DNA from: an uncultured Eubacteriales bacterium | GTDB taxonomy: Bacteria; Bacillota; Clostridia; Tissierellales; Peptoniphilaceae | Reading direction: 5' to 3' | Length of the DNA: 64,000 nucleotides | Assembly: GCA_900540185.1 (NCBI GenBank) | Contig: UQFH01000002.1 | Coordinates: 16,817-80,816, forward strand | Part shown: positions 47,874 through 59,300 of the stretch, one piece after another | Numbering within the stretch: the stretch's first letter is position 1 | Layout: each line of letters begins with the position of its first letter | Notes under the pieces: model-generated | The model's input: only the letters and a program-made list of their open reading frames with translations | What the model was told of the DNA's origin: nothing | The model's database searches: none | Translations under genes and position numbers: made by a program

Positions 47874-50732
47874 ATGAAAAACAGAAAATTACTTGCAGCA
47901 TTTATAGTATTTTTCATGACAGTTGCGTTGTTTGTACCGGCAGTTGCTGAAGCATACGGTTACAGAACAACTTATGCACCGCGTCTTGGCGAAGCAAGAC
48001 AAAATGAAGAATTTATAAGATGGCAAAATCAACAAAACTATGGCAATTATGGCGTAGCAAGCGCCGATGGAGACGACTATGAAGGACTTGTTCCGGAACC
48101 TGCAAAGATTTATTTCGGCAGACCGCGTGCACAAAGATTTGAAAGATTGGGTTTCCCTGCAACTTACGATTTAAGAGATTATAATAAAGTAAGTGAAATC
48201 AGAGACCAAGGTCCTAACGGTTCATGTTGGACTTTCGCATGCTACAGTTCTCTCGAAAGTACTTTAAGACCGGGTGAAATTTATGATTTCTCAGAAGCAA
48301 ATATGAGAAATACTCACGGTTTCGACTGGGGTCCGGAAAAAGGCGGAAATAGATTTATCTCGACAGCATATTTAGCACGTTGGAGCGGTCCGATTTTGGA
48401 AGAAGACGATCCGTATGATCCTTACAAATTCTACTCACCAAAAGGTCTTGAAAGAGTAAAGGATATTAAAGAAGTTATGTACCTTCCTGATATGGATGTT
48501 GATTTTGACGGCGGAATGAATGCTATTAAAGATGCAATTATGAATTATGGCGCTGTTCAAACAGCAATGTATGCTTCAGACAGATATTTAAATCAAGCTG
48601 AATGGGCACACTATTGTCCGAAAAGAGTAAACGGTAACCACGCAGTTGCTATTATCGGTTGGGACGACAATTATCCGAAGGAAAACTTCCTACAAACTCC
48701 ACCGAAAGACGGTGCATGGCTCATCAGAAACAGCTGGGGCAAAGGCATGGGAATCGACGGATATTACTGGGCATCATATTACGACACAGTAATCGGAACA
48801 AATAATGCTGTTTACTTTGCAAAAGATAAGGGCGAAAGCGATTATGTTTATCAATATGACCCATATGGAATGACAAGAACTGTCGGTTACAATGGACAAG
48901 GATACGGTGCAAACGTTTTCGGACCTGTTAAGGAAAAACAATATGTAAACGGTGCAGGATTCTATGTACCTTCTGCAAATACAGATTACAAAGTTTATGT
49001 TGTTAAGGATTACAAGGGACTCGATTCACTTAAAAACGACAAAGTTGAAGTTGCATCGGGAACTGTTGAATATCCTGGATACACAACTGTAACTTTCGAC
49101 AAACAACCGGTCGAAAAAGACAGCAAGTTCGCAGTTGTTGTTTATTACACAACACTTGAAACATATTATCCTATTCCTATCGAAGCAAGAGAAAGAAAAT
49201 ATGCTTCAAGAGTAAATGCATATCCTGGACAAAGTTTCACAAGTTCAGACGGAGAATCATGGAGAGACCTTACTGTTTACAATAGCAGCGCAAATGTATG
49301 TATCAAAGGATTCACAACACTTGACGGAGAAGGTACACCTGATCCGAAGCCGGACGATCCGAAACCGGAAGTAAAGAAAGTAACAGGAATTGAACTCAGC
49401 GAACACAAGGCCGAACTCAAAAAATGGAACAGATTAAACTTAAAATACACCATCACTCCGGAAGATGCAGACAACAAAGAAGTTGTTTGGACATCGAGTG
49501 AATCAAGTGTTGCAAGAGTTGACAACTACGGCTCAGTTCTCGCACTTAAAGACGGCGTTGCAACAATTACAGTTACAACAAAAGACGGCGGATTCACAGA
49601 CACATGTGAAGTTAAGGTCGGAAACGGCGGAGTTCCTGAAACTGTTAAGGTCACATATCTTGACATTACAAACGGCTCAATCTTTACAGAACAAGGCGAA
49701 ACTGTTCAACTTAATGTATCTTTAAAACCGGACAACGCAACAAATAAAACAGTCACATACTCAACAACAAATGCAAATGTAGCAACAGTTGACGCAAACG
49801 GACTCGTTGAAGCAGTCGGTCAAGGAAGCGCATACATCTATGCAAAATCCGCTGACGGACCATATGATTCAGTTTATGTAAACGTAAAGAAAGCTACTAC
49901 TCCGGAACCACCGAAGGATGTTAAGGTAACAAGCGTTTCAGTTGACAGAAGATATTTGACACTTGAAGAAGGCGCAAACTACGCTTTGACAGCAACAGTT
50001 TCACCGGCTAACGCTACAAATAAAACAGTTAACTTCTCATCTTCAAACGAAAGTGTTGCAACAGTTGATGCAAACGGAAATATCACAGCTGTTAAAGCAG
50101 GTTCTGCATATATCTATGCAAAATCAGTTGACGGACCATATGCTTCAACATATGTTACTGTAAAACAAAAATCAACACCGAAGCCACCGGCTGAAGTTAA
50201 AGTAACAAATATTACTCTCGATACAAGATATCTAAGATTAAATGCAGGCGAAACACGTAAACTCGGATTCACAGTTTACCCATACAACGCAACTGACAAA
50301 ACATTAACATGGACATCTTCAAACCAAGACGTTGCAACAGTTGAAAACGGAGTAATCACTGCAATAGGCAGAGGCTCTGCATATATTACAGCAACAAGCA
50401 CAAACGGCGTTCAAACAACATGCTATGTTGACGTTTACGGAGATGCAAAACCTGTAAAAGTCACAGGACTTTATTTCGCAGACAGACAATTAAGCTTGAA
50501 TGTCGGCGAAACAAAAACTGCATCAGTTCTTTTCACACCGAACAACGCAACAGACAAAACCGTAACATATTCATCACTTAACAACTCGATTGCAACAGTT
50601 GATGCAGACGGAAATATCACAGCTGTAAGACCGGGAAGCGTATACATCTATGCAAGAAGCGTAGACGGACCATATGCTTATTTACAAGTAACTGTAAGAG
50701 GTTCATACAACTACTGGTATTACAGATATTAA
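47874..50732 (+). CDS. secreted C1A papain-like cysteine peptidase with six C-terminal Big_2 (bacterial Ig-like) repeats
   Basis: Signal peptide. QGPNGSCWTFA catalytic Cys motif. His/Asn region NGNHAVAIIGWD. About six ~90-aa Big_2 repeats (VTSVSVD..., ATVDANGN...). Confidence 0.85.
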   Translation: MKNRKLLAAFIVFFMTVALFVPAVAEAYGYRTTYAPRLGEARQNEEFIRWQNQQNYGNYGVASADGDDYEGLVPEPAKIYFGRPRAQRFERLGFPATYDLRDYNKVSEIRDQGPNGSCWTFACYSSLESTLRPGEIYDFSEANMRNTHGFDWGPEKGGNRFISTAYLARWSGPILEEDDPYDPYKFYSPKGLERVKDIKEVMYLPDMDVDFDGGMNAIKDAIMNYGAVQTAMYASDRYLNQAEWAHYCPKRVNGNHAVAIIGWDDNYPKENFLQTPPKDGAWLIRNSWGKGMGIDGYYWASYYDTVIGTNNAVYFAKDKGESDYVYQYDPYGMTRTVGYNGQGYGANVFGPVKEKQYVNGAGFYVPSANTDYKVYVVKDYKGLDSLKNDKVEVASGTVEYPGYTTVTFDKQPVEKDSKFAVVVYYTTLETYYPIPIEARERKYASRVNAYPGQSFTSSDGESWRDLTVYNSSANVCIKGFTTLDGEGTPDPKPDDPKPEVKKVTGIELSEHKAELKKWNRLNLKYTITPEDADNKEVVWTSSESSVARVDNYGSVLALKDGVATITVTTKDGGFTDTCEVKVGNGGVPETVKVTYLDITNGSIFTEQGETVQLNVSLKPDNATNKTVTYSTTNANVATVDANGLVEAVGQGSAYIYAKSADGPYDSVYVNVKKATTPEPPKDVKVTSVSVDRRYLTLEEGANYALTATVSPANATNKTVNFSSSNESVATVDANGNITAVKAGSAYIYAKSVDGPYASTYVTVKQKSTPKPPAEVKVTNITLDTRYLRLNAGETRKLGFTVYPYNATDKTLTWTSSNQDVATVENGVITAIGRGSAYITATSTNGVQTTCYVDVYGDAKPVKVTGLYFADRQLSLNVGETKTASVLFTPNNATDKTVTYSSLNNSIATVDADGNITAVRPGSVYIYARSVDGPYAYLQVTVRGSYNYWYYRY

Positions 50733-50739
50733 TCTTAAA

Positions 50740-50810
50740 AGAACACTCGAAAGGGTGTTCTTAATACATAAAAACACCTTTCTTCCGTTTGGTTGGAAAA
50801 AAGGTGTTTT
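50740..50810. terminator. bidirectional tandem hairpins between convergent genes
   Basis: AGAACAC-TCGAAAGG-GTGTTCT, and AAAAACACCTTT...AAAAGGTGTTTTT followed by ATTTT. Confidence 0.6.
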
Positions 50811-50822
50811 TATTTTATAAAT

Positions 50823-51578
50823 TTAATTTTTAAATGCGTTTTCGTATGCGGCGCCTATAATACATCCACCTATAATATTTCCTATTGTAACCGGGACAAA
50901 CGAATTTAGAATAGTGGTTAATATTGAAACGTTTCCGCCCGAGAGATATCCGGTCGTAATATAAAACATATTTGCCACAACGTGTTCGTAGCCCAAAAGC
51001 ACAAATGTAAAAACCGGAAATGCCGAAAGAAGAAACTTGCCCGGACCTTCGGACGTTGCAAAGGACATCCAAACGCTTAGACAAACTAAAATATTACAAA
51101 GAATGCCCGAAACCAACGCGTGGAAAAAACCGAGTGAAGTCTTCTTTACGAGAATATTTTGGAAAAACTCAATCTCTTTCGGGTCATTTTTTATAATGAC
51201 ATAAGTTAAGAGTGAGAAAAAAATCGCTCCGACAAAATTCCAAAACCAAACTCGAGCCCAATTTATAAGAAGCTGTTTTAAACTAATCCTCTTATTTAGA
51301 AAACCGACGGAAATCAAAATATTTCCCGTAAAAAGCTCCCCTCCGGCAATCAGAACCAAAATAATCCCAATTGTAAAAGAAAGAGCCGCGGCAATCGACT
51401 TCGAAGGCGAGTCCGCCATCAAAATATTTATCTTTGAACTTGCGGCGCCGCCGATTGCGATAAACATGCCGGCAAAACTTGCAAGAATACGTGTTGTCGC
51501 CGGCCTATAAGTTGCCTTCTTTACACTTAAATCTGAAACAAAATCAGTTATCTCAGCAGGTGTTCTTAAATCTTTCAT
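50823..51578 (-). CDS. formate/nitrite transporter family (FNT) channel
   Basis: 251 aa with FNT-typical TM pattern and motifs. Confidence 0.85.
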   Translation of the reverse strand: MKDLRTPAEITDFVSDLSVKKATYRPATTRILASFAGMFIAIGGAASSKINILMADSPSKSIAAALSFTIGIILVLIAGGELFTGNILISVGFLNKRISLKQLLINWARVWFWNFVGAIFFSLLTYVIIKNDPKEIEFFQNILVKKTSLGFFHALVSGILCNILVCLSVWMSFATSEGPGKFLLSAFPVFTFVLLGYEHVVANMFYITTGYLSGGNVSILTTILNSFVPVTIGNIIGGCIIGAAYENAFKN

Positions 51579-51901
51579 ACCTTACCTCCTAAAACAATTA
51601 TATTTTATTAAAACAAAAAAGTCAAAAAAGCAAAAAATGATTTTTTGGAGCAAATATTATATTTATATTACATTTATATAAAGAATATCGTCTGTTAAAA
51701 CTTAAATTAAAAAAACTTTTAATAAAAATAATATAAATTCTATTTAATTGTTGATTTCCTGATAAAAATAGGGTATAATATAAATAATAAATAAAAAACT
51801 AAATTAAAAATATATAATAACGTATTGCCGCGGATTATTTTAATTGACATATTACATTAAATAATAATTCTCGGCATTATAAATAAAAGGAGATCATTTT
51901 T

Positions 51902-52573
51902 ATGGCAGTAATAGATTTTAATAAAAAACATTTGACACCACATCGAAGAAATATTATAACATCATTTGTAGATTGTGCAAGAAGAATAATTGACGAAGAA
52001 GGAATTGAAGCGGTAACGATTAAAAAACTCGGAGAATGTACCGACCTTAACCCTGCTACAATTTATAACTACTTTGACAACGTCGACCACCTTCTCTATT
52101 TTGCGAAACTAAACATCTTCGACGGCTTCAACAACGACCTCGCAAACTGGGTAAAAGAAGGGGACGACCCTCTAATGGTATACAAAAAAGTTTGGAGAGC
52201 ATTTGCAAAACACGCATTCGACAACGCTGCAAAATATAGAGAAGCGCTATTCTCGCCGATTGCAAAAGAACACCCGGACTACCTATATCAATATCGTAAA
52301 ATATTCCCGATTGAAAACAACGGCTTCCCTGCATATCTCGAAAAAGTACTCTTGAGTAAAACCATGGAAGAAAAATTAAAAGTATTGATTGAAGTTGCGA
52401 AATACGTCGGATACTTTGACGAAAAATCCGCAAAACAAACAAATGCCATGTCACTCTACATCTTCGAAGGTCTTCTCGACCGAGTCGCTGACGAAAAAAT
52501 TGACAAATATGAAGCATATGATGACTTTTGCGATTATTTAGAGATTATTGTGGAGTCATTAAAACTTAGGTAA
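51902..52573 (+). CDS. TetR/AcrR-family transcriptional regulator
   Basis: N-terminal HTH with TIYNYF. Confidence 0.75.
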   Translation: MAVIDFNKKHLTPHRRNIITSFVDCARRIIDEEGIEAVTIKKLGECTDLNPATIYNYFDNVDHLLYFAKLNIFDGFNNDLANWVKEGDDPLMVYKKVWRAFAKHAFDNAAKYREALFSPIAKEHPDYLYQYRKIFPIENNGFPAYLEKVLLSKTMEEKLKVLIEVAKYVGYFDEKSAKQTNAMSLYIFEGLLDRVADEKIDKYEAYDDFCDYLEIIVESLKLR

Positions 52574-52580
52574 GATATTC

Positions 52581-52606
52581 AGGAACCGGCTTTCGCCGGT
52601 TCTTTT
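52581..52606 (+). terminator. terminator
   Basis: GAACCGGC-TTTC-GCCGGTTC followed by TTTTTT, then an R1 repeat. Confidence 0.65.
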
Positions 52607-52607
52607 T

Positions 52608-52945
52608 TATTTGCGGGCCTTTTCGCGATAAACGCTTGATTCAATATTTTAGTCGCTGCGACATATTTATCAATATGCCTCACTCCTAAAATATTTCATC
52701 GTAAGCGTTTCTCATCGAAAATTCCACGCAAATTACTTTTTTGCGTGTATTATATATGTAAAATATCTCAATGTGAAAATAAATTACTGTAAATGAATTA
52801 TTGTTGTATGCGGTTACGTTGTTTGTAGCGTCGGGCTACGTCCCGACGCATGAGATATAGATAAACATACGCGTATAAGCAATAAGGTAATACAAATTTT
52901 ACACGCCGTCTGTAACGGCGGGCACTGTGTGTCCCACCCCCCCTT
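52608..52945. repeat. intergenic repeat cluster F (R1, R3, R2c)
   Basis: R1 at 52608-52735, R3 at 52772-52890 and an R2c head at 52901-52945. Confidence 0.85.
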
Positions 52946-53271
52946 TTTGTGTACATATAATATGTATTATTACCAACAACGCTGTCCCCATAAAACATCG
53001 AACCAAAACTCCGTAAATATCTGTTAAAAACATATCCCCAAATATTTCCAATCGCCTATAACTATACAACATATTGATGAAATATTGCCTAAAAACAAAG
53101 TTCTTATATACCAAAACCTATCGCAATGCCGCAATTTTTCCCATAATATACATAAAACACTCAAAATCTTTAATCATATAAAAAACAATTCTACAATTTT
53201 CAAATGCCGAATTATTATTCTCATTATATTTTTATAAATTTTTTAAAAGCTGAAAAACTTTTGTAATACAA

Positions 53272-53300
53272 TTGAAATATATTTCATAATATGGTACAAT
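53272..53300 (+). promoter_or_regulatory. promoter of the second S8 protease (extended -10)
   Basis: TTGAAA, 17 nt, TG-n-TACAAT. The GTGACC-AA-GGTCAC palindrome lies at about +3 to +17. Confidence 0.5.
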
Positions 53301-53345
53301 ATATATGATGTGACCAAGGTCACAATTATAAATAGGGAGGATCAT

Positions 53346-56300
53346 ATGAATAGAAAATTACTTTCAATTTTATTAGCGGTTTTCATGGTGTTTGGAATGA
53401 TTCCATTCACGTCACAGGCAAGTGACAGCAAAGGTTATACCGAAGCTTATGAAACGCTTACAAAAGAAATGGACAATAAACTGGAGGATGGAAAAGAGTA
53501 CGAATTTATCGTTGAAATCTTTGAAAACAATCGTCCGGTTTCAAGCCAAACAAGAGATTTGACAGCGCAAACATTCAGTTCAGCTGTCAGAAGAGGAAGA
53601 GAACTAAGCTTGATTGAAAAGAGAATAAATGACCAAAATGAAGTTTTGGCAGATATTTTCGGCGAAAGACAACTAAGAAGAAACTCTGATGAAATTTCAT
53701 ACTCAACAATGAGCAAAGCTTCATCATTCAGAGCAAGAAACAATTCTCGCCCTATTATCAAAGACATGGAACAACTAAAGACAATGCCACGTTATAAAGC
53801 ATTGTTGAACGGTTTTGCATTGAAGATGACTTATGCAGAGGCAAAAGAAGTTGCAATGCTTCCTAATGTTAAGGCAGTTACAAAGGCTGTTGAATACAAG
53901 ATGCCTGAAAAGCCAAGCATGGGAACAAGTAAAAATATTATAAATGCTAACGTTTCTACTAAGAGAGGATATGATGGTAAAGGCAGAATTGTTGCTATAT
54001 TAGATACAGGGGCAGATGTTAATCATCCTGATTTTAGACTTTCAGAAGAAGGATTAAAAGCTGCAAAATATACTAAGCAATCAATTAATGATAAGATTAA
54101 TGAACTTCATTTATGGGGAGAATACAAAACAGAGAAAATTCCTTATGCATATAACTATGCAGATAGAAGTAATGATTTATTAGATAATGCTGATCATGGT
54201 CAACATATTGCTGGTACTATTGCAGGTAACGCTTTAGACCCAAACAATGGAGTTGTCGGAGTTGTTCCTGAAGCTCAGCTTATGGTTATGAGAGTTTTCT
54301 CTATCGGTCAACCAACAACAAATACAGCTATTTACGCTGAAGCTATTGATGACGCAGTATTACTAGGCGCAGACTCGATCAATATGAGTTTAGGAAGCTT
54401 TGCCGGTTCTGAAGATGCTGATAAAATTATGACTAAGGTTGTTAACAATGCTAATGAACATGGTACTATTGTTTGTATAGCTGGAGGTAATGATGGATAT
54501 CAATTTAGCAACTTTAACTATCAACCATCAGATATACTTGATTTTGCAACAGTTGGAAGCCCTGCTACAATGAAAGAATCATTAGCTGTTGCTTCTTATA
54601 ACAACAGTAAAATTTCTTATAAAAGAGGTTTATTTACTTTTGAAGGAAAAGAACTTAATACTGCCATAGGAGACTACACTAAAGCTCAGCCTAAAACAGG
54701 CTTAGAAGCTAAAGAATATGATTTAGTTTTTGTTGGCAAAGGCAACCTTGATACAGATTATGATGGTAAAGATGTAGAAGGTAAGATTGTTATAGCGGAA
54801 CGTGGTGCTGTTGGAATGGAACCTGCTACATTTGGAGTTAAATCAGCGATGGCATATGCCCATGGCGCGGCTGCATGTATCATTGGTTATACAATTAATC
54901 ATGATCAAAATTATGAACAATTATATTTTCTAACAGTTGAAAATGAGGCACCAGTTGTTCCGACATATTCTGTTTCAAACAAAGATTATGATGAAATCAA
55001 GAAACAACTAGTTAACGAAGAAGGAAAAATAACATTCGTAAAACATGATATGAGCGGTTATGATTCTCCGGTAAAAAATACTATGAGTGTTTTCAATAGC
55101 TGGGGACCAACTCCAGGTCTTGGAATCAAGCCTGAAATTACTGCTCCTGGTGGAGATATATGGTCAACTGCTAATAACAATGGTTACCAATCAATGAGCG
55201 GTACATCTATGGCAACACCACACGTTGCGGCAGGAATTGCAGCAGTACGTGGAAAGCTTGCTGAAATGAAGAATTTGGGATTAGAAGATGACCAAATTGC
55301 AATGTTCGTTAAGAAAGTTTTAATGAATACAGCAAATCCGGCTAAAACATTAACAGGAAATTCATATTTTTCTGTTAGAAGTCAGGGCGCCGGAATTATG
55401 GATTTAGACGATGCTACAAGTGGAAATTATGTTACAGTTGAAGATAACAGAGCTGGTGCAAGTTCGTTTGGAGAAGCTAAAGTTGAATTCAAGCAAATTG
55501 ACGAAGCAAAATTAAATGTTAATTTGAAGCTTACAAGTTATTTAGAACAAGATGTTAAGTATGATGTTTCATATGTTTTACAAACTGATAAAGTTGAAGA
55601 CGGCTCTGTTGTGTTGAACCCTGACAAATATGAAGCTATAACATTAGGAAGCGGCGATTTAGGGACGATTAATTTAAGTTCAAAAGGCAATTCGGAATTT
55701 GTCAATGAAATTACTTGGGAAGAAAACGAAACTTTAGCAAATGATTATCCAAAGGGATACTTCGTTGACGGATATATATTCTTTAAGCCTCAAATAGACG
55801 GAATACCTACATTATCAATTCCGATGCTCGCATTTAAGGGGGATTGGGATATTCTTCCTGTTATAGAAGATTTTATTCACGATTATGATTTGGATGCAGG
55901 GGAAAGACCGTTTTGGCTTGACGGTGCTGAAGTAGGAAAAATTTACAAAACTCCAGCTACAGGAATCGATGCCACAATGCTTATGTCAAACTTCTTCTAT
56001 ATAGACAATGGCGAATCGTTTAAAGATGCACTTGGTAGAACAGAAGATGGAAGATTTACGAACCATTTTGCAATAAGTCCCGGCGTTAAAGATAAATCTC
56101 AAGACTACTTGCAATTTAAAGGAGTATTTCTTAGAAACTGGGATGATTTTTATATGTTGGTTTCAAAGAATGGCGAAGAAATAAATAAAATTGAAAACCC
56201 ATATAGAAAGAGCGGTAGAAAATCAGGTTTTACTGTAAATGGAACAGAAATATACTCTATATCAGAAGCGCCATGGATGTGGGACGGAACTGATGCTGAT

Positions 56301-59300
56301 GGCAATCAACTTTCCGAAGGAGAGTATGATTTAACCATTCATGCAAAGATGCAAAATAATCCTAACGCTAAAGCAGATGAAAAGACTGTAAAAGTTATTG
56401 TAGATAATACAAAGCCGGAAATAGAGGAAGCTCCGCAATATGATGCGGATAATAAGACTATCACACTTAAAGCGAGCGACAGCTTGTCAGGAATAAAAGC
56501 AGTTTACTATATGTATGAAACAGATGATAAAGAAAATCCTATTAAAGTTGAGTGGACCGATAAAGAAACAGATGGATCTTACAAGATAGAAAACTGTGAA
56601 AAAGACGGAGGAATTGTTTTTGTATTAGACTGGGCCGGAAATCTTACTAAACTTGATTTAAGCGCAAAAGGTTCAAATGTTATCGAAATCGTTAGAGATT
56701 CTGAAGATTATGCAAATGTAGAAATAGCTGTATTTGACAAAGATCATAAGAAAATGACAAATCTTAATGCTCTAGAAGATGGAAAATATACAATTGAAGC
56801 TTTAAATGTTCCGGAAGGTGTTAATGTGGAAATAAATCCTACAGAAATAACTTTTGGAGAAGGTGGAGTTACATCGCCTGCGACTGTAAATGTTAAGTTT
56901 AGTGAAATTTCACAAGATGAAATTGATCAATACGGAACATTAAAAGTTAATGTAGTGGATAGCAACACAGTTTGGTCTGGCTTTACTATTTATGCCGTTG
57001 ATGAAAATGGTAAAAAATATGAATTGTATACAAAATTTGACTGGGGCGCCGAAACATACGGAGCAAAAATGCCGGCTGGTGAATATACAATTTTAGTTTT
57101 GAATTCAAATGGTGAAGAAATAAATTATTCAGGAGATAAAACTGTTGTAGTAAATAAACAAGATACTACATGGTCTAAGATTAGATTCTTACGTTCTGGA
57201 GATTTAGAAGTAAGCATCTGGTCAGAAGCGTCTGAAGTAATTAATAGTATCAAAGATTTAGGTGTTGAAACCCCATCTGAAAATGAATATTCTTTTAATG
57301 CAAAGGAAATATTCAGGGTAATTGACACCGAAACTGGTAAAGACTTATTTGAAGGTAAAGATTATTATGAAGCTTATTTTAAGCCTTGGGATAATGGAGA
57401 ACAAATAGATTTCTGGATTCCTGCAGATGGCAATTACACAGTTGAATTTATTAATGATAACAGAGAGTATTTAGTTGAGCCTACAAGAGTTGATGCAAAG
57501 CTTTACACATATCAAAAAGACGAAGAGCATAAATGGGTTTATATAGATGTGTACTATCCAAAAACGGATACAGCTAATCTTACAATAAAAGAAGAACTAG
57601 TTTCCGGCGAAACTTCAACAGAAAAAATCAATGCTAAATATCACTTATACGATGATTATGGCAATGAAATACCTTCAACAACATCAACTACTTGGGAAGG
57701 TCTTCAAGCTAAATTCTACACATTAGTAGTTGAAAATCTAAGTGATAAGTTGATTCCTGAAAGAAAAACTTACAAGATAGATGCGTTTAATAACTTAAAT
57801 GTTGAACAAGTTGTTAGATGGAAGGATGTTACTACTGATCCGGTTAAGAGATACACTTCATTAGTAGTTGGTATCTACGGAGAATATGATAGTACAAACA
57901 GAGACATTCAAGTTTTATTAAAGAATGTTTACACTCAAGAAGAGATTGTAATTAATGCTGAAGCGGGTAGTAAAGTTAGTGAAGAATTAGTACCTTTAGG
58001 AACTTATGAAGCAACATTGACACTACCTGATGGTATAATTATAGATGAAATCTTCTTGTCAGTAAATGAGTATGATGGGTCGAAAGACGAATTAGTTGCA
58101 CTTGGAACTAAGTTTAAAGCAACATTTACTACTGCATTTAATGAAATCGAAATCAACTTGAAAAAACAAAAGAGAGATTTCGGTGAGGTAGACGTTATAG
58201 CTAATGGCTTACAAGGTGAAACAGTTAATTACAGATTAACCGGACAAGATATTCAAATTGAAGCAATAGACGGAATTTTCAAAAATCTTGAACCTGGTAA
58301 ATACACATTAAGCTTTGATGTACCTGAAGGATACGAAGTAGATTCAAATGAAATTGAAGTTAATGTTGAAGAAGGAAAAGTAAATACGGTTTACGTTAAC
58401 TTTAACAAGAAGCTTGATGATACTGTCGCAACCCACAAAGCAAGTATTAAAACTACTGAAGTAAATGAAAAAGGCGAAGTGCTACGTGATTTAGACTTAA
58501 AATTCGTTGCAATAGCTGAAGATGGATCACAATATAGCATCGATAAGATTCCTGCAGATACAAAAGTTAAACTTGTAGAAGTTGGTTTGCCGGATGGCTT
58601 CGAAAGAAAAGATGCAAGTGATGAATTTATTACTTTTGATGCAGATAAAGAATTTAGCTTTGAATATGTAAATAAAAAAGTTATACCGGCAAATGAAAAT
58701 GATACAAAAGAAGGATATGTAAATATTACTTTTGACGCGGCTGACAATGGAGTTTTAAATGCTCCAGGATTTAACGATGTTAAAAAACTTTCTTATCTAG
58801 TTAAAGAAGCTTACCAAGTTAGTGACTTTAAATTCTATATACCGGAAGTAACACCGGATAAAGACTATGAATTTAAAGACTGGGACAAGCAATTACCTTC
58901 AAAGAGATTTGCAAAATCAGAAACATTAGTGGCTCAATACGAATATCATGAACCGATTGTTCCACCAACACCGGATGAACCAATCGTTCCTGAACCTGAT
59001 TATCCGATTATCCCGGACTACCCGGTAATTCCACACAGGCCACACAGACCGACGACACCTACAAAAGACATTGTAAAAGACACAACAAAACCGGTTGAAA
59101 AACCTGTCGAAGAAAAGAAAGACTACGGAATTGTTGAAACAATGCCTACAATTGCAGCAACATTCTCAGACCTACCTGAAAATGAAGCAGCAGGTTCGAT
59201 CATGAACATGGTTGCACGCGGAATCCTCAAGGGAATGGACAACGGAAAATTTGAAGGAGAACTCCCGATTACAAGAGCAATGGTTGCAACAGTATTAAAG

